DNA of 63,133 nt, the filler included, from Intoshia linei (taxonomy: Eukaryota > Animalia > Orthonectida), in assembly GCA_001642005.1 (NCBI GenBank). It is 6 parts of 6 records of this genome, joined end to end, with 100 filler letters (N's around TTAATTAATTAA, not from the genome) between each part and the next. Parts side by side here need not be neighbours in the genome. Positions count along the whole stretch, not along the records: positions 31,808 to 44,075 come from LWCA01001092.1; positions 44,176 to 58,413 come from LWCA01000975.1; 4 more parts are not named here. One strand, 5' to 3'. Of the stretch, positions 36,770 through 51,000 are shown in pieces; positions within the stretch are counted from its first letter, which is position 1; the number at the start of each line of letters is the position of its first letter. The translations under genes and the position numbers were made by a program. Under the pieces are notes generated by a model. The model was not told the DNA's origin. It saw only the letters and a list, made by a program, of their open reading frames with translations, and made no database searches.

Positions 36770-39696
36770 TTACCGATCATTAGATAAACGCTTCTCGCGT
36801 CTTCTAGTCTAAAATAAAAATATAAATTTTAAAAAAAATCTTACACTTAATTATTTAAAATCAAATAAAGCCTCTATAAAACTAGGTCACTTGGCACTCA
36901 TTTTAACTACTCATTGAATAAAATATATCAATTTCGAACCTTTAAAAAATATAATAAAATAAAAGTACTTGCTGTTCTGTAACAGGCAACCAATAAATTG
37001 CGGGTAGAGCTTTAGTTTTTTTAAACAAATTATCCAAAAACATTCCAGAATTATCTTCTTTATCTAAATTTAAAAATATATACCTTGCAACATGTGATAA
37101 AAACTGAATATTTATCAAAATTTAGTAGTACGAATAATGGGACTGAATAATTATTTGTATTTTTTACATAACTACAAAAAATACGCACACAAGTGGTCCA
37201 ATACTGGGACCCAATTTTTGAAAAAATCCTTAAACGTTTTAAATTTGGTATAATGAAATAAGACATAAATAAGAAAGTAGTAACATAAATCATGTGAAAT
37301 ATTACCAGATTCAACTTTGGAATTATCTTTTTTTTTGGAATTTGATTTAATATCATCTTGTGATTCCAACTTGGATTTTTTGTTTTTAGGTGGCTCGGTA
37401 TTCTTTTCGTCAAAATCAAGTCGATCAGATATTTTGGTTTCATTTTTTATATCTAAACCATCATCCGTTTTCGATTTCAATGAAATATCTAATTCGATAC
37501 TTGTATTGTGAATTTTATTCTCGACGCTAGATTTATTTACTCCTTTAACCACCCTGGTTACTGGAGACTTTGATTTTTTGTGGATAGGAGATTTTGATCT
37601 AGAATGTTTTTCTAAAGATTTTGATAATCTTTTAGTTGATTTTGAATATTTTCCATCATTAGATTTATACCTATCTCTAGAAGATCTGGATCTCCTCCTA
37701 GTTATAGATTTTGCATAATCTCTTGATCTTGAACGTCTATGGGCGGGAGATCTCGATCGTTTGCGTCCATGCCAATTTCTATCTCTGCCATTATGATCAT
37801 CGCAATCTCTGTGAGAATTTCTTGGTTTGGAAACAAGTCTAACACGGTAGTTTCTATCATTCTCTCTTTTATCATCATTTTTCGTTAAATCACGAGAAAC
37901 TTCATATTCGCAGTCATCTCTACGACGCTTCTCTAAATGAGGTGGAAGTTTGGCACCTGGAATGTCTTGTTTCTTATCATTTCGTAAAGAAGTATCTTGG
38001 GTTTTACCAGCATTTCTTCTTTCTTCAATTTTTTCTCTAAGAGTCTTTTCTAAGTTTTTTAAATCTTGATTATTTTCAGCTTTTTTATCTTCATTAACTT
38101 TATCTGTTCGCCAAGCCAAAAGTGATTTTCGGCGAGTGGCCAATTGTATTTTCCGTTTTTCTTGCTCCTTTTTGAATAAATCTGAAGGTTCATTGGATTT
38201 TTTATGTGACAAATACTAAATTTAAATTGAATCAGAAAAAACTAAAAAATACTTCTTCTTCACTGGCAAAATCAGCGATCAGAGTAACTCTATTAGAAAT
38301 GGGCCAAATTAAACCATGTAGAGCAAATCGTGTTTCTTCAGCTTCTTCAATCGTATCATACTAAAAGTTTAATTTAATTAAATTCTATTTTCAGTTGACA
38401 TATAAATACAAGTACTGATGCATAAACAAATGGTTCTTGAATCTTTTTCAGGTGGTATATTCAAAATATTCACATTTTTTATATTCATTCGTTTTCACCC
38501 ATATAAGAACCACTGGTTTCTACAATACCTTGACAAAACAATGAGTTTTAATATCATCAATCCAAAAACTTTCTGGGTCGTAATTTCCAGTTTGTCTCAA
38601 AAAATTTTTCAATTGAGCAACAAGGAAAGGTCGTCTTAAGTTTGAAATGTGTAAATACAGCGAAGGTTCGTTTTTGGGCGGTGTAGGGTCTCTCCATGTA
38701 GCTAATATAATATTAATAACAATCACCATGTAATTTAAAGATTTAAAAATACCAGCTTTAGTTTTTGGTTTATTAACGCCATCAACGGAATCGAATTTTT
38801 CCTAAAAACAAAATATAATGATACTTTATTCCATACCTTGTGACTCGATTCAATTATTAATTTCTAAAAGTACATATAAATGAATTTTTTTCAAAATTAC
38901 TCCATTCTCATCTCGTTTAATTTCTTGTATGCGTTTTGAATCGTTAGGCTCTCTAAAATTAAAATAAAACAATTGATTGAGATACTAAGTAAATTACTCA
39001 TTTTGTTTATCACTTGCATTCTCGTCATAATCCACTTCCTCCCCGTCCATAATTTCGCACTCTAAAAGATGTAGTATTATATTACCAAATAAAAACACAT
39101 ACCATCAAAAATGGCTGGTTCATCAGATTCTTTTGGCTCCAATAATTCTTGATCATTTGCATCACTCTCTTTATCGATTACCGCCGATTCTTCGATATTC
39201 GAAGGTTCAGGCGAATTTTTGATTGATGACTGAACTTCACTTTGTAGTTCCACATCGTCTTTCCCGTTAATGGTAGTTGATAATTCAGTTGATTGAATCT
39301 TTTAAAAATGAAATTAATTGACTATAATATATTATATAGAAGTTGTTTCCAATGTTTAACGATATGGGCCTTGGATATATTATATAATGAACATTGCAAA
39401 AAAATTTTGAATAAAAGTGGTACAATAGGAAACGCTGATATATATTATTTAAAAACAATACCTCTAAATTTTCATTAATACCATTTTCATTAGCCAGTAC
39501 GTCCTCCACAGGTAATACTCTCAATCCCTAATTGTAATGTACATCTCAATATAATATAATTTACTTGCCATAATCTCAACTGTAAATCTTTTTTGTTTCC
39601 AGTCGTAGATAAACTATTTGCTTTAAGTTCAGTTTTCAACTGAGCTACAGTTAAATTTTTTAATTTTTTTCCGTCTTGTAACTCAAAATGTTCCAT
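36770..39696 (-). CDS. ACIN1: Acinus (apoptotic chromatin condensation inducer; ASAP complex), multi-exon
   Basis: N-terminal SAP 'LKNLTVAQLKTELKANSLSTTGNKKDLQLRL'. RRM 'LHISNLRRPFLVAQLK..FWIDDIKTHCFVK|YDTIEEAEETRFALHGLIWP.SN..L.ADF'. RS-rich exon at 38212-~37300. RSB motif 'LDNLFKKTKALPAIYWLPVT' at ~37045-36975. Confidence 0.92.
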
Positions 39697-40478
39697 TTAT
39701 TTGAGCGAAAAAAGCATAAAATTGTAATAAACTATTGTATAAACTTTATTGTTGCTATCTAAACAAGTTTTCTTAGGAACGACGCAATTTTTATCCAGAC
39801 GACCAATTTCGACTTTTAAGTCTCCAAGCTGCACATCACATTGTAATAATCTAACTCTATATTCTCATTGAGATTCTCAATACAGATTGTTTGGTTCCAC
39901 TGAACTTGAATCTTCCACGTTGTAACTTTGAATACAATGCAATATTTCACAACCACTGAAATTTGTATACTAATACAACTATTTTGGATACATTAGTCAT
40001 GTATTCCAATTAAAAATTGTTGTGCTATAAACTAATTGACACTCGTCATTCTAAGGATGTTTAGGCTAAGGATAATAACTTTTCAACTCAATTAAAGAGT
40101 GGATTATATGGTGGAAAAATAATTCCCTATAAATCAGCGCTTTCCAAATTATAAAATATTTTCGACGGTACATTTTGAAAAATTAATGAAATTGCATCAC
40201 AATGGAGTGGTTGTCACTCTTTTTCAGCGCCACTCTCCAGAACTAAATAATTCGATCCCTTACTAATAATGTTATACAAAACATTATTGGAATAGTTTAA
40301 AAATGCACAATACAAATTATTATACTACTGAACAAATATCAGTTTTAAAAATAATATATTCAATTTTGATCGATTCTGTGAACTCCTTAATAAAGCGCTA
40401 CCCTAAATGAATCTTTTATTGAAAATGCATATCAGTACTAAAATATATCAATACATTCCTCACACATAATTTAATAAA

Positions 40479-42553
40479 TTAAACAATATAATCATTAGTG
40501 TTTGATAATAACAAATTATTTTTAAAAATGTTGAGTTTCCCAATAACTTGTTGGACGGGAATAACGGAAAATTCACCTTGAGAGTTTGTATGGATTAGGT
40601 CCAATTTTTTCAATAAATTTAATGAGCGATCAATTGAAATAATTTGTGAAATCGAAAATTTTGATTGAAGCCAAATATTAACAGAATTGGTTATCTCATG
40701 TTTGACAACTCCATAACCTAAAATTTAATACAATATGTTTTAAATTATTTTAAATAAACGATAGCCCTTAATTTTAATATTTAAAAGAAACCTAATGGTG
40801 TATGCTGATTAAAAAAATCTTTGACAGAATTTTCTTGTTTGACTTGAGAATATTCTGGTTTCTCGTAATTTAATTTAGGTTGAATAGGTTGTAATTTTAA
40901 AATGGACAAATAAATCAACAAACATTCAAGTAAAAGCATTTTTCCAGCTACAATAGAAATTTCATCAAAAACATAATGCTGAATGCAATACAAATCATTT
41001 TTTTCCAAATGTATACTTTTTTCCAATAAATTTACACAATTTTTTTGATGTAATATAAATAAACTTGCAACACTTAAAAATGAAGTGCATGACACCACAT
41101 TTAAATAAGAATAATAAGGTACTAGGTATTCAGCATACCGAAGGACACATTGTGTTAATCCCAAACCAGCAGATGTAGCTAAACTGTAATTGAACCATAC
41201 TTTAAATTTTGAATTCATTTTATATTTACAATTGGACAAAACAAGCGGCAAAAATTCATGTTCAAGGTTTTTATAAAGTCGAAGAGTTAAATGGTTATTT
41301 TTTGATAAGGTGTCACTATAAAGTAAGATGTTGCTGTGGATGATATTTTTAGAGTTTCCTTTAATGTTTGTTTTTTCCAAAATTTTATTAAACAATCGAA
41401 TAGCTGTATAATTTATTCTGAGAAAAATTGAAAATTTTTCTTTATATTGCTTCAATTCATCGCTACTTTTTTTTGCATTGTAAATTTTGTCAATTTTTCC
41501 ATGTGACCAAATATTGTCATTGCTTTGATTAATTGAAATTGATTTAAATGTTTTTGATTTTTCATTTAAAAGTTTTTTATAACCAGATAATAATAGTAGT
41601 GATTCAAAGCCATTTTTAAATTTGTGGTATTTAATATCTCTATCGAAATTAGATCCATGTTCATAACCATGAATAAAATTAAAATTGTTCTAAAATAAAA
41701 TAACTTAAAAAATACTCAATAAAAATAACTAAATTGTAAAATTACATTTAAATTTAAATTTTTTCATATGCATTGAAAGAATTTGCGCCAAACAAATAAC
41801 GACACAGGTAATAGATTATTTACAATTTACCATGATGATAATATTCATGCTAATCATTTACCAATCAAATCAATTGGCGGTTTTTTTTAATCTATTTTTA
41901 CAGGCAATACATTTATTTATATTTATTATTCAAACCAATTTTTCAATTTTCATTTTTCAAATTTAATTTAATTTATATTCTTAATCTCAAATTATAAGAT
42001 ATGATATTATTTGTCATTATAATATCAAATTCAGACTTGTAATAAGATTATGAATACCTAGATAGGGTGCTAAACCGAATAAAAAATTATTTTTAGCAGT
42101 TACAACCTCATTTTTAGACGACAAAATGAAAGATTTCAGTTTAAGGTATATTTTACTATTATTCTACATAATGTTTATATGTTACTTTTAAATTTGACGT
42201 CAAATTGGATAGGTAAATTTCAATGGAATCATTAAACTGTTTATACAATTTGGATCTATTTTCAAAATCTACATTTTTAAATAATTCTTCATCTTCTTGC
42301 AATTTTCTCAACAAATGTGTAGTTTGGTTATTTAACCTTCTAAATTTAAATTAAATTGTACACATTTAGGGGGTTTAGTAAAAAAATAAACATTTTAGTA
42401 TTTTACAGATATACAATTACTTTTTAAAGTTGTATTTTTCCATTAATTTTAATTTTTTTTTGTGTAACTTTAATTTCAGTATCAAATTATTACAAGATGT
42501 TTGTAAATAATTCTAAAGGATTTTAACTATTTATTTCATTAATTAATTACCAT
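40479..42553 (-). CDS. TMEM143-like (DUF3754) membrane protein, ~5 exons
   Basis: Spliced ORF starting with an ATG micro-exon and a 38-nt intron. 'HLTLRLYKNLEHEFLPLVL', two hydrophobic segments, 'LECLLIY' and the C-terminal 'VNIWLQSKF..SIDRSLNLLKKL' recall TMEM143 (LKSFKD.PLE.LE.LLP; KEALLA; VENWL..K..F...RAL..L). Confidence 0.6.
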
Positions 42554-43119
42554 TATTGATAAACTAGCACAAAATAAGTAAGTCTTATAAATTTTTAAAT
42601 TTCAAATCAAATTGAACCAACAATTTCAAAATAAATGTAAATGTAGTTTGAATAGGACTATATTGAAATTTTACATTTTTATACATCTATTGAATTTGGT
42701 AGGGTCACACTGTATATTTGATCTTTTATATCTGGCTCAGTTATTTACTAAAGATTAATGAGGGTGGTGAGCACAACCGAGTTGTGTATTAAACTAATGA
42801 GGCAGTAACAACATCTTTTTTTAGTGTATAGTAAAAATTTAATTTTGCCCAAAATTACAGTTAGAAATAAATCATTTTATTTTTGATTCATGTCGAGCCC
42901 AATTTTAGGGGACCCATGGATAATATCACATTTAGAATAACATAATAATATTAAAAGTTTATACTACTACTGTACAGGTTAGGGCTGTTCAAAAAAAATT
43001 AACACATGAGCAGAGAGTATGCTTTGATAGGTGAAAAATAATATGCCGTTATTAAAAATTCTCAATTCTCAAAATTCTAATCTAAAAATCTAAAAATCTA
43101 AAGCCTAAAAATTCTGAAA

Positions 43120-44075
43120 TGAGTGAAGAGGATAAAATCGAAAACAAAAGGTGGTTCGGTTGCGGAAACTATTGCAAGAATAGAAAAAATGCCCTGCTTG
43201 GTTCCACCAGTGCAGTGGTTACATCAAACTAAAATAACCAAAAACAATATTAATGTTAATGTGTTTAAGAAATCAAATAAACATCTTTACAAAATATCTG
43301 TTGATACCCTTGAACACACTCTAAAAAAGTATGCTTCCATATTTTCAGACAAACCCAGTAAATGCTCATTTGTTCAACATAACACAACTAAAAACTAATT
43401 ATAAAAGCTTTAAATGTCCAGTTTTCCCAACACCAATTAATTTAATAAACGTAGAAAATAAAATGATCAAAGAAATGCTCGAACAAAATTTTATCGAACC
43501 CTCCAACAGTAATCTCAGGTCACCAAAATTTCTAAAAAAAAAACAAAAAGATGAATATCGCTTCTTAAATAACAATTATCCAGCTTTTAATATTCAGAGA
43601 ATAATTGACTATTTGGAAGGAAAAAAATTTTTTCTACATTAGACTTGTGTAAAGGCTACTGGCAAATTAAAATTAACAAAGAAGACAGATACAAAACAGC
43701 CATTTACACATGTTATGGTAGACATTTATACCAATTCAAACTCATGCCAATGGGACTAAAAAACGCTAGTGCAACCTTCCAAAGAATTATGGACAAAAAT
43801 TTTGATAACTTAGAAGGCGTTCATGTATATATTGATGACATAATAATTGCATCAAACACGATCGAAGAACATATAATATTAAAAGAAGTATTAAAAAGAA
43901 TAAACGACCACGGATTAACCGTTAGTCGTAAAAAATACTGTTTCGCAAAAAACGAAGTTAAATTCTTGGAAAAAATAATCGATAATAACGGAATAAGGTG
44001 CGACACTGAAAAAATTAGGGCAATAACAAATATTGATAGACCTACCAATATGAAAGCTGTTAGATCATTTTTGGG
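43120..44075 (+). mobile_element. Ty3/Gypsy LTR retrotransposon pol remnant (reverse transcriptase), frameshifted and cut by the gap
   Basis: 'IEPSNS..RSP', 'LDLCKGYWQI..EDRYKTA', 'MPMGLKNASATFQRIMD', the YIDD motif and 'PTNMKAVRSFLG' are spread over three frames. Confidence 0.92.
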
Positions 44076-47000
44076 NNNNNNNNNNNNNNNNNNNNNNNNN
44101 NNNNNNNNNNNNNNNNNNNTTAATTAATTAANNNNNNNNNNNNNNNNNNNNNNNNNNNNNNNNNNNNNNNNNNNNTATACAGATTGCGGCGATTTTACTA
44201 AGTGCTCAAAACATATGGACGGGTCTGTATTACAGGTTTTGATTAAAATTTTTATTAACGAAAATGTGAATATTGTACAATTAACCGTATCTACCATGGT
44301 TTATATTCAAAATATTAACGGTAAGATTAATAAAAATGTATTATAGTTGATTAGAATCCAAATTACCAAATAATATATGTATTGATATATTCATAATGGA
44401 CGTTTTGTGTTTTTCATATGATTTGGATCGAAAATGGTTTCACTTGTCCAGAAACAATAAAAATATTATACAGGCAATGCGACATATTTAAATTTACTTT
44501 GTTTATTTACAGGCAGACCAAATACTTCAAAATCGTTACTTGAATGTATTGTTTAATAAAATAAAATTATTGTTTATTATTATTTTACTTGAAAAATTTA
44601 ATTTTGATATACACTTATATCCTTTTTTTGTATACCTTACCAATTATATTTTTGTTATTCCAAAAATTTCAAATTTATGCTACAGTTCTTTAAATTATTT
44701 TTAAGATTTACTTAATTTATATAATAACTAGATTGACTGTTATGTACTACGTACAAACATCACCTAGCTTTACCGAGGGCAAATTTTTATTCTACCAAAA
44801 AAATAAATTCAATAAAATCTTACTTAAAAATGCTACTATTCACTATTACCAACCCTTTAAAGGAGTAGTTTCCAAAACTTTTTTAAAGTGCTTTTTTTGA
44901 TTGTTAAGGCTTCACTTTGTGAAATTTTATTATTGTTATATTTATTATTATTTGTTACAACAAAAATTTGTCTGTGAAATTCAAAAACAAAATGAAAAAT
45001 GATCTACTATTAAAATAACTAACGAGCCTACTGATTTTTCCGAAAACGTGGATTATAATTGTCTTATACGTATTTTATGTATATCAGTTTGATCTGATAA
45101 TTGTAGATAACGGTTGAAATTTTAAAGTTAATGGTAAATTAATAAATTTTTACTATAAAAATTATAAAAAGTCAACATTTTATTATATCTAAATCGATAT
45201 AATTCAAAATCTTGTTATCTTATTTTAAATTGTGTTTAAATTACAATGCACTAGTACATGTATGTGAACAGATTTTTGAGTTTCAAACAATTTCGTTTTA
45301 CTATTCATTCATTTATAATTTTAAAATATATTGAATGTGATTTTATTCGTTTTAATAACATTTCTGTGTTTAAATTTACTATAATAGAATTAGTAATTAT
45401 AGGATTTTCAAATTGCAAATAATTATTTGCATTTGCAATTAATTATAATGAAAATTCGATACTTAATATGGATAGAGGCATATATTGGAAATTTCAAGAA
45501 TGAAAATTAAAAACAACTTTGAATATAAAAACATCCAATTAGGTATATATTCGATTTAATAGACAACAAAATTATATATTTGTATTGCAGAATCAGAGTC
45601 TGTGTCACCGACTTAACCAGGACACATAAATTTGAATCAAAGTTTAACTACACCAGTTTTTCCCAACCTTTTTAACTACATTACACATATATAGTACTTA
45701 TTTTAATATTATCCACAATATTTTTTTAACTGCATATTGAATTGTCAGATTATTCGAATAAGAATCATATAAATTTTAAAAAAATCTAACTTTACAAAAT
45801 TAACAAAAATAATTTTTTTTCAAAAAAAGGGGAAATTAGATTTTTAACCCTGAAAGACTCTATATATGAAAATGTAGCTTGCACAATAACATGACTCTCG
45901 CAATCTCCATCACTGTGAATGGGACGCAAAAAAAAGTAAAAAAATTTTGCGATTACCCATGAAAAATAAATTACCCACACGTGCGTAAATACTAACAGGC
46001 TGGGAATCACCTTACTACACTGAGATAATTTTTATATTTTACAATATAATATTATATGATCAAAGGTGTTATCAGTATTTTTGGCTTTATTACAAGCAAA
46101 ATTAAAAAATTAGTTTATTTTTGTAAAATACAGTATTGCAGAGTTGCCAGATGTTGGCATTTTATCCGAAAGCCTAAACGACCGTTAAATTATTATTTTA
46201 AAAATTCCACCATTAATAAAGATTAATAAAAAATACCATTTCAATCTCCTTCTTACGATATTACAAAAAACTTTGTGAGAAAAAAATTTAATCCAACCCC
46301 CAAAAAAATAGAATTTTACTAACCCTTAACCCTTAAGTTAAGGTAAAATCTCTTTTTCTACATTTTTTGGAAAACTTTGATTTTACCAAATCTTACGAAA
46401 AATCATCTAACCACATAATAAAAAACCAAAATTTTAGTCTCTACATCTGTATATAAGAAAAATCCCTTTTTCTGAGTACTTAGTTCTAAATATTAAAAAT
46501 TTGTGAGACTCAAAAACGTCATTGTATTTAGGTTACATTTTACAAATTAGTCATTTATATATTTAAAAAAATTTGTGGGACCAGCAAATGGACCACCCTT
46601 TTATAGTATAATATAATAAACGTTTGTCATCAAGGTAAAGTGAAGTATGCCCGATGTGACGCTAAGAGGTCTGATATTTGGTGTTATTATTATGAAAATA
46701 AGAATTTGCTCAATATTAATTTATGATGAAACCATCACGTTAATTACCAATTTGATTACATTAATTGTAATTTATTAGTTAATTAATTTTTGCTTCAGTA
46801 TTAGTCTTTTATTTAAAATAAAATTAAATGCATGAAGCTATACTATGTTATAGACACAATTTGATATACGGTCACTAGTTTCGAGATGACTAGCTGATAA
46901 TTTAGAATTGTATAATATTGTCATTCCAATTACACGTAATTGTACATTGTAATTGTATAATTTGTGTTATACAATCATGCATTTGCGTTACGTTAACGTG

Positions 47001-48005
47001 GTTGACGAGAAAACAGAAGTATGTACTTACGAACGAGAAATGTACTTTTTCAATTATTGTACATGTTACCGTCCGTTTGGAGTTTCAGTCATTGTTCAGA
47101 ATCATCTCTGACCGATACATTTTTGAAAAATAAAATCGACAGGGTCCACAAATATAAATTGAAATTTATTAAAGTTGATACATATTTTGACAAAATATAC
47201 AGATTGATAAATTGTCTAAAAATTACTATAAGTTGGACACTATTATATTATCTCCAATTGTTTTATATACATTTTCATCCATTGTCTAAAATAAATTAAA
47301 TTAACCATTAATTCAAAATAAAGTTTCCCGAACTGGGCGTGTCTTCGATCAAAATTTCAAATTAAATTTTAATCCACTTTTCGGTTTAAAATTTTTTTCA
47401 TTCAAATGACGTCGCTCGCGGCAAGGTTAATAAGATGTGATACGTTATTTTAAATAAAAAATGTTTATTTAGTTCAATTTTTATCATTAAAAAAGTATTT
47501 GATAAAAATAGTCTGCCTAAGCGATGACATATTAAATGATTGGGAAAACATTATATTAAAACCTCATAATTACAATGGGGTTTATGCCAACCAAATAACC
47601 GTTATAAAATATTGAATATAGTAAGAATAACAGACGTCCATTATCTAGAACAGGTTTCTTAACCTTTTTTATACACTTTGTAGTTAACTCCCCTTCTCAC
47701 TTTCAACAGGGGTTTCTTAGAATTTTTTTATCCCATACTTTAAGAGAGGTTTTAGGAATTTTTTTGTACCAAACTTTCAAGAGGGGTTTTTAAGATTTTT
47801 TTTGAACCAAACTTTCAATTCACATTAAATTTGTGCTTTTTATAATCCAAGGTCTTAGTTTTTAAATAATTGACAACACATAAATAATTGTACAAATAAT
47901 TGACATTCAACTTACTTTACTGTATACAATTAAATGATAAATTTGATAATAAAAATAAATAAATAAATAATAAATATTTCGTGGATCCCAGTTTAAGAAC
48001 ACTTT

Positions 48006-51000
48006 TCAAGATTTTTCACAATTTTTATCATTCGAACCCGTTACTTTTAATCTTATTCCATCCGTATTCACAATGGATTTTTTTCTTCCGGTTTTCGAGA
48101 TTTCCAAGAAATGTTGACTCTGATCTTTGTTCTTTTGTAAATGTATCAATTTTTCTATCAAAAGGTCCTTAAAATCTTTATCCAATATGTCCATTTCCCT
48201 AAAATTATAATGTTATATACAATTTATTAACACATTAACATCATGTAATAATAAAGACATATTTTTTAAGCCAAAACTTACTTATTTTTATGTTCTTTTA
48301 TTAAATTAATTTCTTTTTTCTTAATGTTGCGATGTTTGTGTATTAACTCCATTTCTTTTGTTAAATTTTCTTTTTTAGTCTAAAAAAACGAAAATTAAAA
48401 ATAAAAAAGTAAAATTAAGGGACTTTCATATAATGACTTCAATTATGTAGCAGATATTTAGGGTTATATTAATAAAAATTTAAATTATCTCTTCTAGCCC
48501 ACTAAAATGTATAATTGAACCGGTTAATAAGATTAAACTAATATACCTTTTTATTTATAACAATCATATGATGTAATTCTTTTTTTTTATTTTCACGATC
48601 AAATTTCAGTAAAACAAGCCTTTCTTTCAACTAAATGTATTTTTTAACAGTAAATCTACAATTAAAATTGTATATAAAATTTTGTTAATTGGTTCAACTG
48701 CTGACTCATATACATATATAAAAATCTATACCTCAGATATAGACATTTCATCTAGTATCCCATATCCTGCATCGCTAGATAAATCAATTTGATTGAATCG
48801 TTTAACTGAAACTTTATCTACAGCTTTAATTTTTGCAATAATTTTTAATTTTTCACGCATTTCATTCTTCATCTAAATTGTTTTTAAATACATTTTAAAC
48901 GCCCATAACGCCGCATACGAGCCTGGTCGTACAAAACCTTATTGGAATATTGACCGGGCGATTTAAAATTTGTAATTTACATTTAATACTACTTGTTATA
49001 TCATTTACTAGTACATGTATTTTAATTAAAACTAATTGTTTCATTGATACTTAATTAGTACTACTAATTGTATATGGTCGCTGTATATGTGTAATAATTA
49101 ATATATTGGAAATGAGAAATTAAATATCTTTATAAAATAAAACATTTAGAGTGGTAGGGGGGGTTAATCAAAAATTTAGACCAAGACAATGGATTATAGT
49201 CGCGAAATGTTGAGCCTGCAAAGCTTAGTATGTAGTATAAAAATAATAAATATTTAGTACATTAATTTTAACATCTTCCATTCGTTTCATATTTTCAAGT
49301 CTCATTTTTTGACCTATATTAAAAGTAAACATAACAACAAAAAATATAATATATATTATTTATTAATGGAAAGTAAATTATTTAATTTTTATTCCCTAAT
49401 CAAATAATTTTTTAATAATTAAAAATTATACCAATATTCAAGTTTTTCTGTACGATTTCATTGCGCGCATGTTTATAGTTTTCACGATTATTTAAGATTG
49501 ATTTAACGGTATTTCTGTATAATTTTATTTACATACAATAAATGTATAATTAAAAATGTCAAAAAAAATTATGAATTTTATTAATATTTACTTTAATTTT
49601 ATTTTAGACTTTTTTTGTTCTTTTTCGTATATAATTTGGTCCATTTTAATCTAAACATTCGGTTATTAAATTTTTTACACTGGTATTATAATAATTCCTA
49701 TAACCTGTACCAACTACATGCACTAAGATAATCGAGATAAATTCTCAAAATCTGGCAACTGTAATAAATATAAAATATTCTCCTATAAAAATAAACAAAA
49801 GCTGATAAAAATTATTCTATATTAGACTTGAATTCACTGACCTAGATATATAGTTTAGGACCCCAATGGGTCCAGGAACCACAATCGGGACCACTGAATT
49901 AAACAAATAATATTTTAAGTAATGTTTACTTTTTACTAGGCATTATAAAATCATTTCTCAAAATAAATTCGACAACTAAAGATATAAAACATTGCATGTG
50001 ATTTAACAGTAAATTATTAAATAATAAGGGCGTATGGCAAATTTATTGTTACGTATATTTAAATATGAGAATATTCTTAAACCCAACCATTCTAACTAAA
50101 AATCTATTTTTACCTATCCTTAATGGGAAAAATCCAGTTCTATCAAGCCGTAAGAGATTAATCCAATTTTACAAACCATATAACAAAAAATCCGGTTTTA
50201 CCAACCGTAAAAGGTTAAAATCTTACTGCATTTTCCCTAAAGGTATGGTAAAACGGGGATTTTTCCTTAAGGGTAAGTAAAAGTGGAATTTTCCCTAATT
50301 AGTTGGTAAAACTGATTTTTTAATTTTACGGTTGGTAAAAGTGGAATTTTGCCTAAAGGGTTGATAACAAAGCCGTTTTAAGGCATGGGCAATATGGGCT
50401 GTAGCCCAGAGCCATTAAAAAAGGCACCAAATTAATAAAAGTACTTTACACTAATATCTTAAAAATAAGCCCCAATTTATTTAAAAATACTTCACATTTA
50501 TATTTTAAGAAACAGTTTATAAGTTTTGAAGTGTGGGAATTTAAATAGCTAGAAAGAAAATAGTCAGAATCAAAGTTCTGGTAAATATTCAATTTAAAAT
50601 ATATTCTACATGTACAATGTTCATCATATAATATTGACATAAAAACTGTTTCAAATGATAATATTAAACATTAAAACCTTTCTATTAAGTAAATATTCAA
50701 AAAAAGAAAGTAGGAATTCTTTGATTTTCTCTTATTAATTTTCAAAAAAGGGGCTTCTAAAAACGGCACTAAATTTTTTTTATCGCTTCGCTCGAAATTT
50801 TTTCTCGCTGCGCTCCAATACTTTTTTGCTTAGCTCAAAACTTTAAAGGGCCTCTGGTCCTTTGCTTAACCCAGGGCTACGAAGTGGCTTAAGACGGCTC
50901 TGGTTGGTAAGACTGATTTTTTCACTTAAGAGTTAATAAAACTGGAATTTTCCCTAAAGAGTTGGTAAAACTCATTTTTTAATTTTACGGTTGGTAAAAC

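Noticed and set aside
3719-39696. Functional clustering of NMD/EJC genes (UPF1-like and Acinus)
   Set aside because: They are 30 kb apart, separated by unrelated genes and an assembly gap; chance is sufficient.
46850-47300. Short ORFs 46918-47133 and 47021-47299, and most other 60-90 aa ORFs in the track
   Set aside because: No motifs; they are chance ORFs in AT-rich or repeat DNA, or antisense to real exons.
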